A DNA stretch of 64,000 bases from a cyanobacterium endosymbiont of Rhopalodia gibba (GTDB lineage: Bacteria > Cyanobacteriota > Cyanobacteriia > Cyanobacteriales > Microcystaceae). The stretch is from positions 1,312,001 through 1,376,000 of the forward strand of contig CP067995.1 of assembly GCA_045159875.1 (NCBI GenBank). Reading direction: 5' to 3'. This document shows, one piece after another, positions 46,320 to 57,574 of the stretch. The notes beneath the pieces are model-generated. The model ran no database searches, was not told the DNA's origin, and was given only the letters and a program-made list of their open reading frames with translations. Numbering within the stretch: position 1 is the first letter of the stretch; the number at the start of each line of letters is the position of its first letter. The translations under genes were made by a program, and so were the position numbers.

Positions 46320-48854
46320 ATGCCTCCATTCGTTCCGCCACCTAATCCGCCCGCGTTAATCCAACCTATAGCCCTTGAATCTGAAGGCAATTGCCTTGAG
46401 ATTCTGACTGAAGGATTGTCCACTCACACCCTCCTTGGGAAACGTCCCCCCCTTATTTCTCAGCTCCCAATTTTGATGCTCGAACCTCCACCATTGGAGT
46501 TCTCTGAAAAAATACCAGCGACAAAACCCCCTGGAGTTATTGAATTTTATCTGTCTGACCCCAAAGAGATTACCACTAAGTCTTTACTCCCTAATTCTTC
46601 ATCTGAAGACAATAATGCTAGGGCATTAGGGGGTCCAATTTCTGTCGGTCAACCATCTTCAACAAAGAGCACATTAACAGCGATTAATCCAGTTTCTAAC
46701 CTGGTATTTGGGCTAAATCGAAGTCATGACAGCCTCTCAAATACAGTCCATCGTCTCGTTACTCGTAAACGAGGAGGGCCAATACGAGAATTCAGAATTC
46801 TAACTTCTTCTACACCGAAAGGACAAGAAACCTCTATAAGTCAACAAACATTGGAAATTATTCCTGAATCCTCACCGGGGCTAGATACCGCTTCAATCCC
46901 AGAAGAAGCCATAGGGGTAGTAGAATTGATTGCTGATCGTCAAGAATATGATTCTACACAAGAGGTAGTCTACGCCGAAGGTAATGTGATCATGCGTTTT
47001 GCTAATGGGGTTCTATTAGCAAAGCGCCTGCGCGTTAATCTCCCCGATCAATTTGTTGTCGCCGAGGGAGAAGTTGTACTTGAACGAGGAGAACAAACCC
47101 TACGTGGAGAAAAGTTTGAGTATTATTTTGTGCAGGATCAAGGTGTGGTCTTCAACGCCAATGGGGAGATTTATCAACCTACAACAGGAAAAGACTTTTC
47201 TCCAAGATTACCCAACGATTCTACTAACGATCTTATTCCCAACCAAACTTTAAATGAACGCCTAGCGGTCAATCAACCTCTACAACGAATCACTACTACT
47301 CAAGGGTTTCGTTTCGGAACTTCTTTTGATTTTGGAAAGGAAGGCTTAGGCCTAGGAAGTAATGTTCCTAATCTACCGGCGACCCAAGTGCCGCCTAAAG
47401 GAGGACCAATCAATCGCATTCGCTTCCAGGCCGAACGAATGGAATTTGATGGAGATGGATGGAGTGCCACGAATGCTCGTTTAACTAATGATCCTTTCTC
47501 CCCCCCTGAGTTAGAAATTCGAGCAGAAACAGCAACATTTCGCAATATTGCCCCCTTGGTAGATGAGGTGAAATTGACTAACTCACGAGTGGTGCTTGAT
47601 CAGACAAATTCCTTTCCCACCCAAGATAGGTTAATTTTAGATCGGCGTGATCGCCAACCTGGGGTAATTTCTTTTGGCTATGATGACCGTGATCGCGGAG
47701 GATTATATGTGGAACGAGGCTTTAATCTAGTTGATAATGATACGGTCAGTTGGGAACTTAAGCCTCAATATTATATCCAAAAAGGATTATTTCCCGACAG
47801 TATTACTACAGATAATCCCAATACTGATCTATTTGACGCAGACACAGACGACATTGATGCTATTAGTCCCCCAACATTCGGACTTATCAACAGAGTTGAG
47901 GCTAACTTTAGTGAGAACACTAAATTATTTTCCCGAACCTCACTGACGAGTCTAGATTTTAATAACCGCACTGAAGAACATATCCGAACGAAAACCTATT
48001 TTGAACAGAAAGTTCCCTTGTTCAGTATGGATAATGATTTGCGGTTTGAATATAATTATCGTGAACGTCTTTTTAATGGCTCCTTGGGTTTCCAAACTGT
48101 CCGGGATAGTTTAGGGTTGCTTTTCGTGTCTCCTCAAATTCCTCTCGATAAGAAAGGGTTACTACTGCTGAGTTATCAAGCATCTCTGCAAAATGTCAAT
48201 GCTGACACAGATAAACCAGAGTTACTCGCCCCAATTCGAGAAAATAATCGTGTTACTCTCTTTCGTACCCAAGGAGCCGCATCGGTAAGCCGACCTTTTA
48301 TGTTGTGGGTGGGGAAAGCCCTCCCCCCAACTTCTAGAGAAGGGCTGCGTTACACTTCTACTCCTGTGCTACCTTTTGTTCAGCTTTCCACCAGTGTAAC
48401 AGGAGTGGCCAGTCTCTATGGTAATGGTGATTCTCAACCTTCGATTTCAGGCAGTATTGGAGTCTCAGGACAATTAGGCAATTTTTCCCGCCCCTTTTTC
48501 GATTATACAGGGTTTAATCTTTCCTTTAGTCAGGCATTGCGTGGAGATCCTTCTCCATTTTTATTTGATCGTTTTGCCGACCTTAAAACCATCTCTTGGG
48601 CATTAACCCAACAGCTGTATGGACCTGTACGCTTTGGGGTTCAAAGCGCCTTAAATATCGATACTGATGATGAAATTAACACGGATTTATTCCTTGAATA
48701 TAGTCGCCGTACCTATAATATTCTCCTGCGTTACAATAGCCGTCTTCAAGTAGGTTCTATCAGCTTACGAATTAGCGACTTTAATTGGAGTGGTGATCCA
48801 GGTCCATTTGATGGGACGGGAATTCGTCCAGTTATTCAAGGAGTTCCCCGCTAA
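46320..48854 (+). CDS. DUF3769 domain protein (LptD/OstA-like outer-membrane protein)
   Basis: ADRQEYD..VYAEGNV (OstA-like), TNDPFSPPELE, YNYRERLFNGSLG, SPFLFDRF, LEYSRRTY; ATG at 46320. Confidence 0.85.
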   Translation: MPPFVPPPNPPALIQPIALESEGNCLEILTEGLSTHTLLGKRPPLISQLPILMLEPPPLEFSEKIPATKPPGVIEFYLSDPKEITTKSLLPNSSSEDNNARALGGPISVGQPSSTKSTLTAINPVSNLVFGLNRSHDSLSNTVHRLVTRKRGGPIREFRILTSSTPKGQETSISQQTLEIIPESSPGLDTASIPEEAIGVVELIADRQEYDSTQEVVYAEGNVIMRFANGVLLAKRLRVNLPDQFVVAEGEVVLERGEQTLRGEKFEYYFVQDQGVVFNANGEIYQPTTGKDFSPRLPNDSTNDLIPNQTLNERLAVNQPLQRITTTQGFRFGTSFDFGKEGLGLGSNVPNLPATQVPPKGGPINRIRFQAERMEFDGDGWSATNARLTNDPFSPPELEIRAETATFRNIAPLVDEVKLTNSRVVLDQTNSFPTQDRLILDRRDRQPGVISFGYDDRDRGGLYVERGFNLVDNDTVSWELKPQYYIQKGLFPDSITTDNPNTDLFDADTDDIDAISPPTFGLINRVEANFSENTKLFSRTSLTSLDFNNRTEEHIRTKTYFEQKVPLFSMDNDLRFEYNYRERLFNGSLGFQTVRDSLGLLFVSPQIPLDKKGLLLLSYQASLQNVNADTDKPELLAPIRENNRVTLFRTQGAASVSRPFMLWVGKALPPTSREGLRYTSTPVLPFVQLSTSVTGVASLYGNGDSQPSISGSIGVSGQLGNFSRPFFDYTGFNLSFSQALRGDPSPFLFDRFADLKTISWALTQQLYGPVRFGVQSALNIDTDDEINTDLFLEYSRRTYNILLRYNSRLQVGSISLRISDFNWSGDPGPFDGTGIRPVIQGVPR

Positions 48855-49126
48855 TATTTTTGATCTTTAGTGTATTTATGATGCTCAAAAAGTTTTGTCC
48901 TGATATTTTTCTAGAGGTGTTGTGTCAAAATCAAATTATGCTAAGCCTACCATCTCAACTTAATTTATAGCTATGATATAAAACTTTCAACTAAGTTTAA
49001 TCAATGTAATCTAATTAAATTCTAACCTTAGAAAGACTCAACATTACCGATTATCAGATTTTAAATAAGATAGGATCGGGATTAGTATTAATATGTATAT
49101 GAGTCACGATCTAAGATTGAGATACC

Positions 49127-49155
49127 CAGGGTAGTGGGCAATGCCCACTACCCTG
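49127..49155. repeat. REP-like perfect palindrome, probable terminator of the sigma factor gene
   Basis: CAGGGTAGTGGGCA-A-TGCCCACTACCCTG, resembling the GTGGGCAATGCCCAC cyanobacterial repeat; about 10 bp past the stop. Confidence 0.7.
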
Positions 49156-49164
49156 CTATGCTAT

Positions 49165-50049
49165 TCATCCTGTTAATTCTTGAAAGGGAACAGCTTTCCG
49201 TTTTAAAGTTCTCATGGCTCGATTGTTTAATTGTCGTACTCTTTCATGGCTTAACCCGCATTGTTGTCCAATTTCTTTATAACTCATTCGTCTTCCATTT
49301 TGTAAACCATAACGTAAAGTAATAATTTCTCTTTGACTAGGAGATAAGTTGTTTAATAATTCACCAATTTTTGATTCAAGTTCTTGTTTATTTACAAAAT
49401 TATTTGGTGATCTTGTTTCATCGGGTAGAATATCCTCTAATTCTGTATTATGTTCGTTTAAAACAATGTTTAAACTACAAGAATTCGTTTTATAAGCAGC
49501 TTGGCTGATAGTTCGTAATTTCTCTAGAGGAATTTCTAGCTTTTGAGCAATTTCTTCTTCGGTAGGTTTCCGTCCTAATTCGACGAAAAGTTCCCGCAGT
49601 GTTTTCTTACTCTTATTGAGACTATCGATTACATGAATGGGAAGACGAATCGTTCGTGCTTGTTGAGCAATCGCTCGTGTAATAGCTTGACGAATCCACC
49701 AATAAGCATAGGTAGAAAACTTATAACCCCGATCAGGATCAAATTTTTCAACCCCTTGTATTAATCCAATACTTCCTTCTTGAACTAAATCTAATAAAGG
49801 TAATCCACGGTTTTGATATTTTTTAGCGATGGAAACCACTAAACGTAAGTTGGCTTTAACCATTTTTTGCTTAGCTTGTTCTCCTCGCTTGACTGTTTTT
49901 TGTTCTTCCGTAGTTAATTTTTCTTGATCTAAAAAACACACCATTTCTTTGACCTGAGAAGCAAGTTTAAATTCCTCTTCAGGACCTAGCAAAGGAGTTC
50001 GTCCAATTTCTTGCAAATAGATACGGATGCTGTCAATTGATTTAGCCAT
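49165..50049 (-). CDS. Sigma-70 RpoD/SigA-family factor, group 2-like
   Basis: [11 protein letters not shown] (1.2), [47 protein letters not shown] (4.2). Confidence 0.9.
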   Translation of the reverse strand: MAKSIDSIRIYLQEIGRTPLLGPEEEFKLASQVKEMVCFLDQEKLTTEEQKTVKRGEQAKQKMVKANLRLVVSIAKKYQNRGLPLLDLVQEGSIGLIQGVEKFDPDRGYKFSTYAYWWIRQAITRAIAQQARTIRLPIHVIDSLNKSKKTLRELFVELGRKPTEEEIAQKLEIPLEKLRTISQAAYKTNSCSLNIVLNEHNTELEDILPDETRSPNNFVNKQELESKIGELLNNLSPSQREIITLRYGLQNGRRMSYKEIGQQCGLSHERVRQLNNRAMRTLKRKAVPFQELTG

Positions 50050-50533
50050 TTTATGCTTAGTTTAGTTAGGATACGTCAGAAAATATTAAGTCTGATACCT
50101 GGGGATTCTGTTTAATTCTGGAGACTAAGGGAATTTCTATTTTCCTAGCTGAATACTTGATAATAATATAGATTTTCTTGAGTCACTTCAAATCGGTTTT
50201 CCATTTCCAATCTATTTTTGAGTAATGTTTATCTCGACGATTAACGATTCAATTCAAAGATTTAAATCAAGCTTTTGGGGTAACTGCTCGGCCTTACGTT
50301 AACTTAATTCTCGCGTTAACCTAACGACATATATATAACTTATCAAATTTTTTATATTTTGTACAGGAGTCAAAGACAATCTACTATATTTTTGTCTAAA
50401 CATCATCTGTTTAAAAAACAGAAATAAAGTTATTTTAAAATATTTGCCAAACAAAAGATAGCTTTTAGAAAGACACAATATAAACAACTTTTATTGACTC
50501 TACCAAAAAGTAGAAGTTAGATTGCATTTTCCC

Positions 50534-51313
50534 TTATTGAAACCGGATTAGTTGAATCAGATAACGTTGTTTTTTAGTAATAGCAACTTCTCCAACTTCC
50601 AAACGACCTTTACCTCGGACAGTAATTAAATCCCCAGATTCAACAGTATGGCTTGCCTGAGTAATGTCTTTCCAATTAACTCGTACATCTCCCGAATTAA
50701 TTGCATTAGCCATTTTACTACGAGAAATTCCAAACCCTGCTGAGGCGATCGCATCTAAGCGCATAGATGCTTCTACAGTGGTCATTTTCTTGGTTTTGGG
50801 AGAATGAATTTTTAATTCACTTAATGTTATTAACTGGGTTTTCACCGGAACTGAACGCACCTGAGTAAGGGAAATTTCAAGAAATTCTGCAATTTCAGGA
50901 ACTACTATTACCTGCGCCCCCCGTTCTCCTAGTACTAGGATATCTCCAATCTTTTCGCGAACAATTCCTGTTCCTGAAATCGCCCCTAAGAAATCTCGAT
51001 GGTTAGCAGGATCAAATAAAAAGTTTCCAGCAATACACAGAGCAGTTAGTGGAATCTCGGAAGCATCCAGAGAAATTTCAGGACGAGCTATACCCACTCG
51101 TTGCTGTTCTGCCTGAGGATAGCCTCCCCACGCCACAATTCTGACTTCAGTTAATCTTTCAAATAGTCCTTGAACTTCAGCGATGACAGGAGGACAAAGA
51201 AAGTCACTGACTACGATTTCCCAAGTTTTTAAGGCTATTTCCGCTTGATCAACAATACGGGTAATCGCTTCTCGATTTTGAATTCCTTTTAATAACTTTT
51301 CTCTGGGTAACAT
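50534..51313 (-). CDS. 'Photosystem II S4 domain protein' (Sll1252/YlmH-like RNA-binding)
   Basis: WGGYPQAE..R, GNFLFDPA.HRDFLGA, GERGAQ, S4 motif EASMRLDAIASAGFG.SR, GKGR. Confidence 0.9.
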   Translation of the reverse strand: MLPREKLLKGIQNREAITRIVDQAEIALKTWEIVVSDFLCPPVIAEVQGLFERLTEVRIVAWGGYPQAEQQRVGIARPEISLDASEIPLTALCIAGNFLFDPANHRDFLGAISGTGIVREKIGDILVLGERGAQVIVVPEIAEFLEISLTQVRSVPVKTQLITLSELKIHSPKTKKMTTVEASMRLDAIASAGFGISRSKMANAINSGDVRVNWKDITQASHTVESGDLITVRGKGRLEVGEVAITKKQRYLIQLIRFQ

Positions 51314-51434
51314 AAACTATTCACTATAGTAGCTATATCCTTAGAATTACATTTTTCTAGAATTTTGGTAGACTTATTTCTGAGTAATTAAAGACCTTTA
51401 ACCCCAAATAATATACCTACCCTAATTCAATCGA

Positions 51435-51830
51435 TTACGATACTGCAGAACGTCTCCGCTGACAATGGATAAGCGTAAACCCAACCCCACAAGAAACCTT
51501 ACCCGTTACCCTATTTGTTCCAGCCGCAACTCCTCCCAAAATGGAACTAGCTGGTCTTCTAGTCCATCCAAAGATATCCACTTCAGTAATAAACCAAAAC
51601 CTATCTTCCCTGAAAAAACCGAAGATATCTAACCAATATGCCATCATAATCGCTTGTTCTTTGACTTTCTGATTGGTATCAATAACATCAATTCATCGAC
51701 AGTTTTATCTCTTTTTCCCAAAAGAACAATTTAATTAAAAGGAATGCTAGTTTTCTCGATAGCTGTATAGGTCTCTCCGGCTTTAATCTAACCTGATACA
51801 ACAACAACAGGATAGTCCACGATTAATGTA
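51435..51830 (-). pseudogene. Probable degraded hypothetical gene
   Basis: 70-aa ORF with upstream stop-broken coding-like sequence, downstream of hddA; family not recognised. Confidence 0.3.
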
Positions 51831-51875
51831 AGACCTAGTCAAAAATAAAGTTAACAAATATAGAACAAATCTAAA

Positions 51876-52856
51876 TTATGAAAAAATAATTTGAGAACCT
51901 GGGACATTGATTTTGACTGAAAGTATCTCATGGTGGGTAAAAGTTTGCTTTAGGTTTTCATGTGATTCTGGAGGCGCAAAAAACAACATAAACCCTCCTG
52001 CCCCTGCCCCTAATAGTTTACCACCCCAAGCCCCCGATTCTCGACCTAATTTATAAAGATTATCAATTTCTGGGTTAGAAATTATAGTATCTAAACTGCG
52101 TTTGGCTATCCATGCCTGATGTAGTAATTCTCCAAAAGCTGATAAGGGTTGATTAGTAGTTAAAATATCCCATCCTTGGTCGACCATTTTCCGCATTTTT
52201 TTAAGAATATCGGTATTATCATCGACCCGTTTTAACTGCTTAGCCACCACTTGAGATGCTTTGCGTTTGATTCCAGTAAAAACAATAAAAATATGAGATT
52301 CAAACTCCGCTAATCTTTGGGAAGATAGGGGAATTCTAGTGACAATTATATCTTCTTCAGTCCTAAACTCTACTAAGTTAAATCCCCCCATCGCTGCCAT
52401 TAATTGATCTTGACATCCTACACGATCTTTAACTAAATAGCGTTCTACATAAATGGCTTCATAAGCTAAATCTAATGGCTTTATAAATTCCCCTTTAAAA
52501 CTATGAAGTGCTTGGAGTAAGGATACGGTAAAAGCAGAAGAGGAACCTAACCCTGTAAACGCCGGTAAGTCAGCTACATTATGCAACTCAATATCCTTTT
52601 CTAAACCACAGAATTTTAAACATTGTTGATAAACATTATGCTCTAATTCATCAACAGTTTTAACCAATTCTACTTTTCGGTAAGACACCCGAATCAAATA
52701 ATCGAACAAATGACTAGGAAACGGAGTTGCTGTAACATAAGAGTACTTATCAATTGAAGTTGCTAATACTGCACCTCCATGCTGGAGAAAATACTCAGGA
52801 TAATCGGTTCCGCCGCCAAAAAAACTAATTCTAACTGGTGCGCGTGAAATTAGCAT
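51876..52856 (-). CDS. hddA: GHMP kinase, D-glycero-alpha-D-manno-heptose-7-phosphate kinase-like
   Basis: APVRISFFGGGTD, GLGSSSAF, G.QDQ, GGKLLGAGAGG. Confidence 0.8.
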   Translation of the reverse strand: MLISRAPVRISFFGGGTDYPEYFLQHGGAVLATSIDKYSYVTATPFPSHLFDYLIRVSYRKVELVKTVDELEHNVYQQCLKFCGLEKDIELHNVADLPAFTGLGSSSAFTVSLLQALHSFKGEFIKPLDLAYEAIYVERYLVKDRVGCQDQLMAAMGGFNLVEFRTEEDIIVTRIPLSSQRLAEFESHIFIVFTGIKRKASQVVAKQLKRVDDNTDILKKMRKMVDQGWDILTTNQPLSAFGELLHQAWIAKRSLDTIISNPEIDNLYKLGRESGAWGGKLLGAGAGGFMLFFAPPESHENLKQTFTHHEILSVKINVPGSQIIFS

Positions 52857-53584
52857 GGGTCAAGTAATTGGCTAAAGTTTTCTAGGATAAAAGCTTCTGC
52901 TTTGGGTAAAGCTTCAGGAGTTCCAATATCTAAAAATGGAGCTTTAATTTGATGAACTTTAATTAATTTTTTTTTCTTGAGTAGTGCCGGAAAAACATCA
53001 TATTCAAAACTTAGGGGAAATCTTGATGGAAACTTCTCTAAAACCTGATGACGAAATAAATAGACTCCGCCGTTAATAATTCCTGTCCCTTGGCGTTTTT
53101 CAGCAAAACTTATAAGATTTCCAAATTTATCAATCACTAAAGAACCATAACGAGAAGTGTCTTTTACAGATACTCCTAAAATCACTACATCAACTTCACA
53201 ATTATCTAAATAACTTATCATTTTGTTAAATTGTGCAACAATTAAAGAATCTCCATTCATCACCAACCAAGAATTAGAAGAAATGTTAATCTGCTCAACT
53301 GCATTAAGAAAACCGCCGGCAGTTCCTAATGGTTGCTTTTCCTTGCAACAATAAACCTCTATGCCTGGGACAGGCTGGTTTTGAAAATGTTCTTCAATTA
53401 CTTCTGATAAATAACCAGTTGAGAGAATATTTTGGGTGATTCCTTGAGATTTAAGATATCTTAAAATCCACTCTAGAAAAGGTTTATCAGCGACGGAAGC
53501 CATAGGTTTAGGAACGTTTAGAAGTAAGTGTTTAACTCGCGTTCCATACCCCCCTGCTAGAATAACTGATGTAATCTTTCTCAT
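52850..53584 (-). CDS. hddC: Nucleotidyltransferase, heptose-1-phosphate guanylyltransferase-like
   Basis: ILAGGYGTR, PKPMA, PLGTAGG, NGDS, INGGVY, SFEYD, FLDIGTPE; overlaps hddA by 7 bp. Confidence 0.75.
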   Translation of the reverse strand: MRKITSVILAGGYGTRVKHLLLNVPKPMASVADKPFLEWILRYLKSQGITQNILSTGYLSEVIEEHFQNQPVPGIEVYCCKEKQPLGTAGGFLNAVEQINISSNSWLVMNGDSLIVAQFNKMISYLDNCEVDVVILGVSVKDTSRYGSLVIDKFGNLISFAEKRQGTGIINGGVYLFRHQVLEKFPSRFPLSFEYDVFPALLKKKKLIKVHQIKAPFLDIGTPEALPKAEAFILENFSQLLDPC

Positions 53585-53612
53585 GCTTTAACTATTAACT
53601 GTCAACCATTAA

Positions 53613-54701
53613 CTAAATTACTCCACATTGTCCCTGTTGACGCAAGAGATGATCACATAAGACTACAGCAACCATTGATTCTACGATCGAAACAGCGCGA
53701 GGCAATACACAAGGATCATGTCTTCCTTTTGCGGCTAACGTGGTTTTTTGTCCTATTTTACTCACCGTTTTTTGCTCTTTTCCAATAGTTGCTGTGGGCT
53801 TAAAAGCTACTCTAATAATAATATTTTCTCCGTTACTAATTCCTCCTTGAATTCCGCCCGAACGGTTAGTAGTAGTGCGAATTTCTCCATTTCCATCGAT
53901 GTAAAATTCGTCATTATGTTCACTTCCAGTTAATAAGGTCCCGGAAAACCCTGAGCCGATTTCAAAACCTTTACTTGCTGGAAGAGACATCACTCCTTTT
54001 GCCAAATCTGCTTCTAACTTATCAAAAACAGGCTGTCCAAGTCCTTTAGGAACCTGACGCGCCACACACTCAACTACCCCACCGAGAGAATCCTTATTGC
54101 GTCGAGTTTGATTGATCAAATCAATCATTTTTTTTGCGGTTTCTTCATCAGGACAACGTACAATGTTATTTTCTACTTTTTCCCGTGTAACTGTTAACGG
54201 ATCAATGATTCCTTCTAAGTTTTTTATCCGCTTAACATAACCGACAATTTCCACATTTGCTACTTGTTTGAGAATTTTTTTTGCGATTGCCCCGGCGGCT
54301 ACTCGTCCAATGGTTTCTCTTGCTGAAGCTCTTCCTCCTCCTTGCCAGTTACGAATTCCATACTTCGCTTCGTAGGTGGCATCCGCATGGGAGGGACGAA
54401 ACTTCATGTCCATTTCATCATAATCTTGCGATCGCGCATCCTTGTTTCGAACTAGAATAGTAATGGGGGTTCCTAGGGTTTTTCCTTCAAAAACTCCTGA
54501 TATAATCTCACAGGTATCGGTTTCGTTCCGAGGGGTAGTAATCTTACTTTGGCCAGGACGACGACGATCCAGGTCAACCTGAACGTCAGCTTCGGATATT
54601 TCTAAGCGTGGAGGACAACCATCAATAACGACTCCAACCCCTCCACCGTGGGACTCGCCAAAGGTGGTGATGCGAAATAAGTGGCCGAAGATATTGCCCA
54701 T
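53613..54701 (-). CDS. aroC: Chorismate synthase
   Basis: [41 protein letters not shown]. Confidence 0.97.
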   Translation of the reverse strand: MGNIFGHLFRITTFGESHGGGVGVVIDGCPPRLEISEADVQVDLDRRRPGQSKITTPRNETDTCEIISGVFEGKTLGTPITILVRNKDARSQDYDEMDMKFRPSHADATYEAKYGIRNWQGGGRASARETIGRVAAGAIAKKILKQVANVEIVGYVKRIKNLEGIIDPLTVTREKVENNIVRCPDEETAKKMIDLINQTRRNKDSLGGVVECVARQVPKGLGQPVFDKLEADLAKGVMSLPASKGFEIGSGFSGTLLTGSEHNDEFYIDGNGEIRTTTNRSGGIQGGISNGENIIIRVAFKPTATIGKEQKTVSKIGQKTTLAAKGRHDPCVLPRAVSIVESMVAVVLCDHLLRQQGQCGVI

Positions 54702-55072
54702 AAATGTCCGTTAATTAATGTCTGTTAATTTTGATGGCTTTATTTTCTAGTCTAGAGTAGTCGATAGCCAATAGGCAAGATAAAACGAGGTTAAAGTCGA
54801 AAAATAGAAGTTAATACATAACAAACATACAGACAATAAGGAATCTATATTCCTTATTTTTTTAAAAAATATTCATTTTTTTTAAAAAAAATATTCCTAA
54901 GTTAAGAATAAAAAATATATAAGTAATTCAAAGTACTGTTTATAATAAACTATCATATTTTTTAAAGAATTAGTAGTGTTTGATAACGTTAAAATATGAG
55001 GATATCAACTGAAATCTAACTTAGCTTAAGGGCGAAAAGATCCAAATTTATTCCTCGTTTAATTTCATAGAA

Positions 55073-57007
55073 ATGGTCAATACTTCAGATTCACCTACCA
55101 GGAAAATATCCAAGCTAGAAGCAATTAAGGAGAAGAGTAACTTTCTAAGAGAACCTCTAGCTACAGAACTTTTAGAAGAGACAACTCATTTTACAGAAAA
55201 TGCTGTTCAAATTCTTAAGTTTCATGGATCTTATCAACAGGATAACCGAGATAATCGAGTTAAAGGACAAGAAAAAGATTATCAAATGATGTTGCGGACT
55301 CGCAATCCTGGAGGGTTTATCCCCCCTGAACTTTATCTAACTCTTGATCGCCTTAGTGATGAATATGGAAACCATACCTTACGGGTGACAACACGCCAGG
55401 GATTTCAAGTTCATGGTATTTTGAAGAAGAATCTCAAAGCAGCAGTGTCAGCAATTGTAAAAAACATGGGATCAACCCTTGGAGCTTGTGGAGACCTAAG
55501 CCGCAACGTTATGGCTCCTCCTGCCCCATTCAAAAATAGCCCTGAGTACCAATACACCTGGGAATATGCGGATAAAATCGCTGATTTACTCAGACCTCAA
55601 ACTGAAGCCTATTATGAAATTTGGCTTGATGGAGAAAAATTCCTCAGTGCGGAAGAGTCCCCTGAAGTAGTGGCTGCTCGTCAATGCAATAGCAATAAAG
55701 CCATTTTTGCTGGCAAAGAAGAACCTATTTATGGGAAACATTATATGCCCCGTAAATTTAAATGTAGCGTAACTGTTCCAGGGGATAATTCCATTGATGT
55801 CTACACCCATGATGTCAGTTTAGTGGTAATGACGGACAGTAAGGGAATCCTGCAAGGATTTAACATTCTGGTAGGAGGTGGAATGGGACGCACCCATAAT
55901 AAAGAAGAAACCTTTGCAAGGATAGCTGACCCCATCGGTTATGTAGCTAAAGAAGATGTTTATGATGCATTAAAAGCTATTGTTGCAACTCAACGGGATT
56001 ACGGTGATCGAGTTCAACGTCGTCACGCTCGCATGAAATATCTAATTAATGACTGGGGAGTAGACAAATTCCGCGCTAAAGTTGAAGAATACTTTGGTAA
56101 GTCTCTATATCCTTTTAAAACACTTCCTAAATGGAAATATCAAGACTTTCTAGGCTGGAATGAACAGGGAGATGGTCAGTTATTTCTGGGAATTTCAATT
56201 GAAAATGGTCGAGTAAAAGACGAAGGAAACTTACGACTAAAAACCGCCCTACGCCGCATCACCAAACAATTCAGGTTACCTATGCGGTTAACAGCTAACC
56301 ATAACGTTATTCTTTATGAGATTGACCCTAATCATCAAGAGGCGATTGAAAAGATTCTGCAAGATTGTAGCGTAATTACTAATCCTCAAGAAATTGATGC
56401 TTTAACCCGTTATTCGATAGCCTGTCCAGCTTTACCAACTTGCGGGTTAGCCATTACCGAATCAGAACGCGTCCTACCTGAGATTATTCGGCGGATTAAA
56501 ACAGTTTTATCTAAATTAAACATGGCATCAGAGGAAATTGTCATTCGGATGACTGGATGTCCCAACGGTTGCGCCCGTCCCTACATGGCTGAGTTAGGAT
56601 TTGTAGGAACTGCGCCAAACACTTACCAAATTTGGTTAGGAGGAAGTCCTGATCAAACTAACTTAGCTGAACCTTACCTCCAGAAACTACTTGACAAAGA
56701 TATAGAGAAATTTTTAGAGCCTCTATTTGTCTATTTTAAGCAAGAAAAGACAGAACAAGAAAGTTTTGGTCAATTTTGTTTTCGAGTCGGCTTTGAGTCT
56801 CTAAGAGCGTTTAGTGAAACTTATAAGCCTATAAAACCGCGTCGTATTCGCAAAAATCAACATCGGGTAAGTGTTTCTGATGAGATGTTTGTTAAACTCA
56901 AAGATGTATCGGAGACAGACAAACGACCGATGAATCAGATTGTTCATGAAGCGTTAGGGGTGTATTTTAGTCAAGAAAAATTGGAGTCAATAGAAACAGA
57001 AGATTAA
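55073..57007 (+). CDS. sir: Ferredoxin-dependent sulfite reductase with C-terminal RHH-like extension
   Basis: [46 protein letters not shown] siroheme/Fe-S ligands. Confidence 0.95.
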   Translation: MVNTSDSPTRKISKLEAIKEKSNFLREPLATELLEETTHFTENAVQILKFHGSYQQDNRDNRVKGQEKDYQMMLRTRNPGGFIPPELYLTLDRLSDEYGNHTLRVTTRQGFQVHGILKKNLKAAVSAIVKNMGSTLGACGDLSRNVMAPPAPFKNSPEYQYTWEYADKIADLLRPQTEAYYEIWLDGEKFLSAEESPEVVAARQCNSNKAIFAGKEEPIYGKHYMPRKFKCSVTVPGDNSIDVYTHDVSLVVMTDSKGILQGFNILVGGGMGRTHNKEETFARIADPIGYVAKEDVYDALKAIVATQRDYGDRVQRRHARMKYLINDWGVDKFRAKVEEYFGKSLYPFKTLPKWKYQDFLGWNEQGDGQLFLGISIENGRVKDEGNLRLKTALRRITKQFRLPMRLTANHNVILYEIDPNHQEAIEKILQDCSVITNPQEIDALTRYSIACPALPTCGLAITESERVLPEIIRRIKTVLSKLNMASEEIVIRMTGCPNGCARPYMAELGFVGTAPNTYQIWLGGSPDQTNLAEPYLQKLLDKDIEKFLEPLFVYFKQEKTEQESFGQFCFRVGFESLRAFSETYKPIKPRRIRKNQHRVSVSDEMFVKLKDVSETDKRPMNQIVHEALGVYFSQEKLESIETED

Positions 57008-57036
57008 ATAACAAAACTTACGCTACATTTGTACTA

Positions 57037-57064
57037 GTGGGATCAATTTGTCAATCGATCCCGC
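57037..57064 (+). terminator. Hairpin after sir, possible terminator
   Basis: GTGGGATC...GATCCCGC, 30 bp after the stop; no clear U-tract. Confidence 0.4.
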
Positions 57065-57574
57065 CATACTTCATAACCACTCAAAAATGCTATAAATAGA
57101 CGATCTAGCTTACAACTTGACGAGGTTGGTTTTCGTCTAGGTTTAATAACTGTGAAATATACTCCTCAAGATAATGCTAACTAACAAGTTCTTTGTCAAA
57201 GATAAAAGAACAAGGTGAGGAGGATTTTGTCAAAAGTTAAAGGTAATTGATGGGAAAAGTTTTGACAAAATTTTGCTGCTAACCAAGATAAATTTATTTC
57301 ATTACTCAATTAGGGAAATACATTGTCGACTTCAGTTTTAATTGCATCACTCAAAAGGTGAATGGTATTTAAATGAAGCAGGTTGTCTACAGTCTTATTA
57401 AAGAGATGAAAATTAAGCTGATTAGATAATTAAATTACCTTACTAAATCCCTAATTTATAATGTTTTTAACATATTTTATATGATCAATTATTGATTATT
57501 CGCTAAATTAGCCATTATCGGTTGAGAATAGGTTTTAGTTGAGTAGTTTGATGTTCTCCTAGAATGGAAGACAT

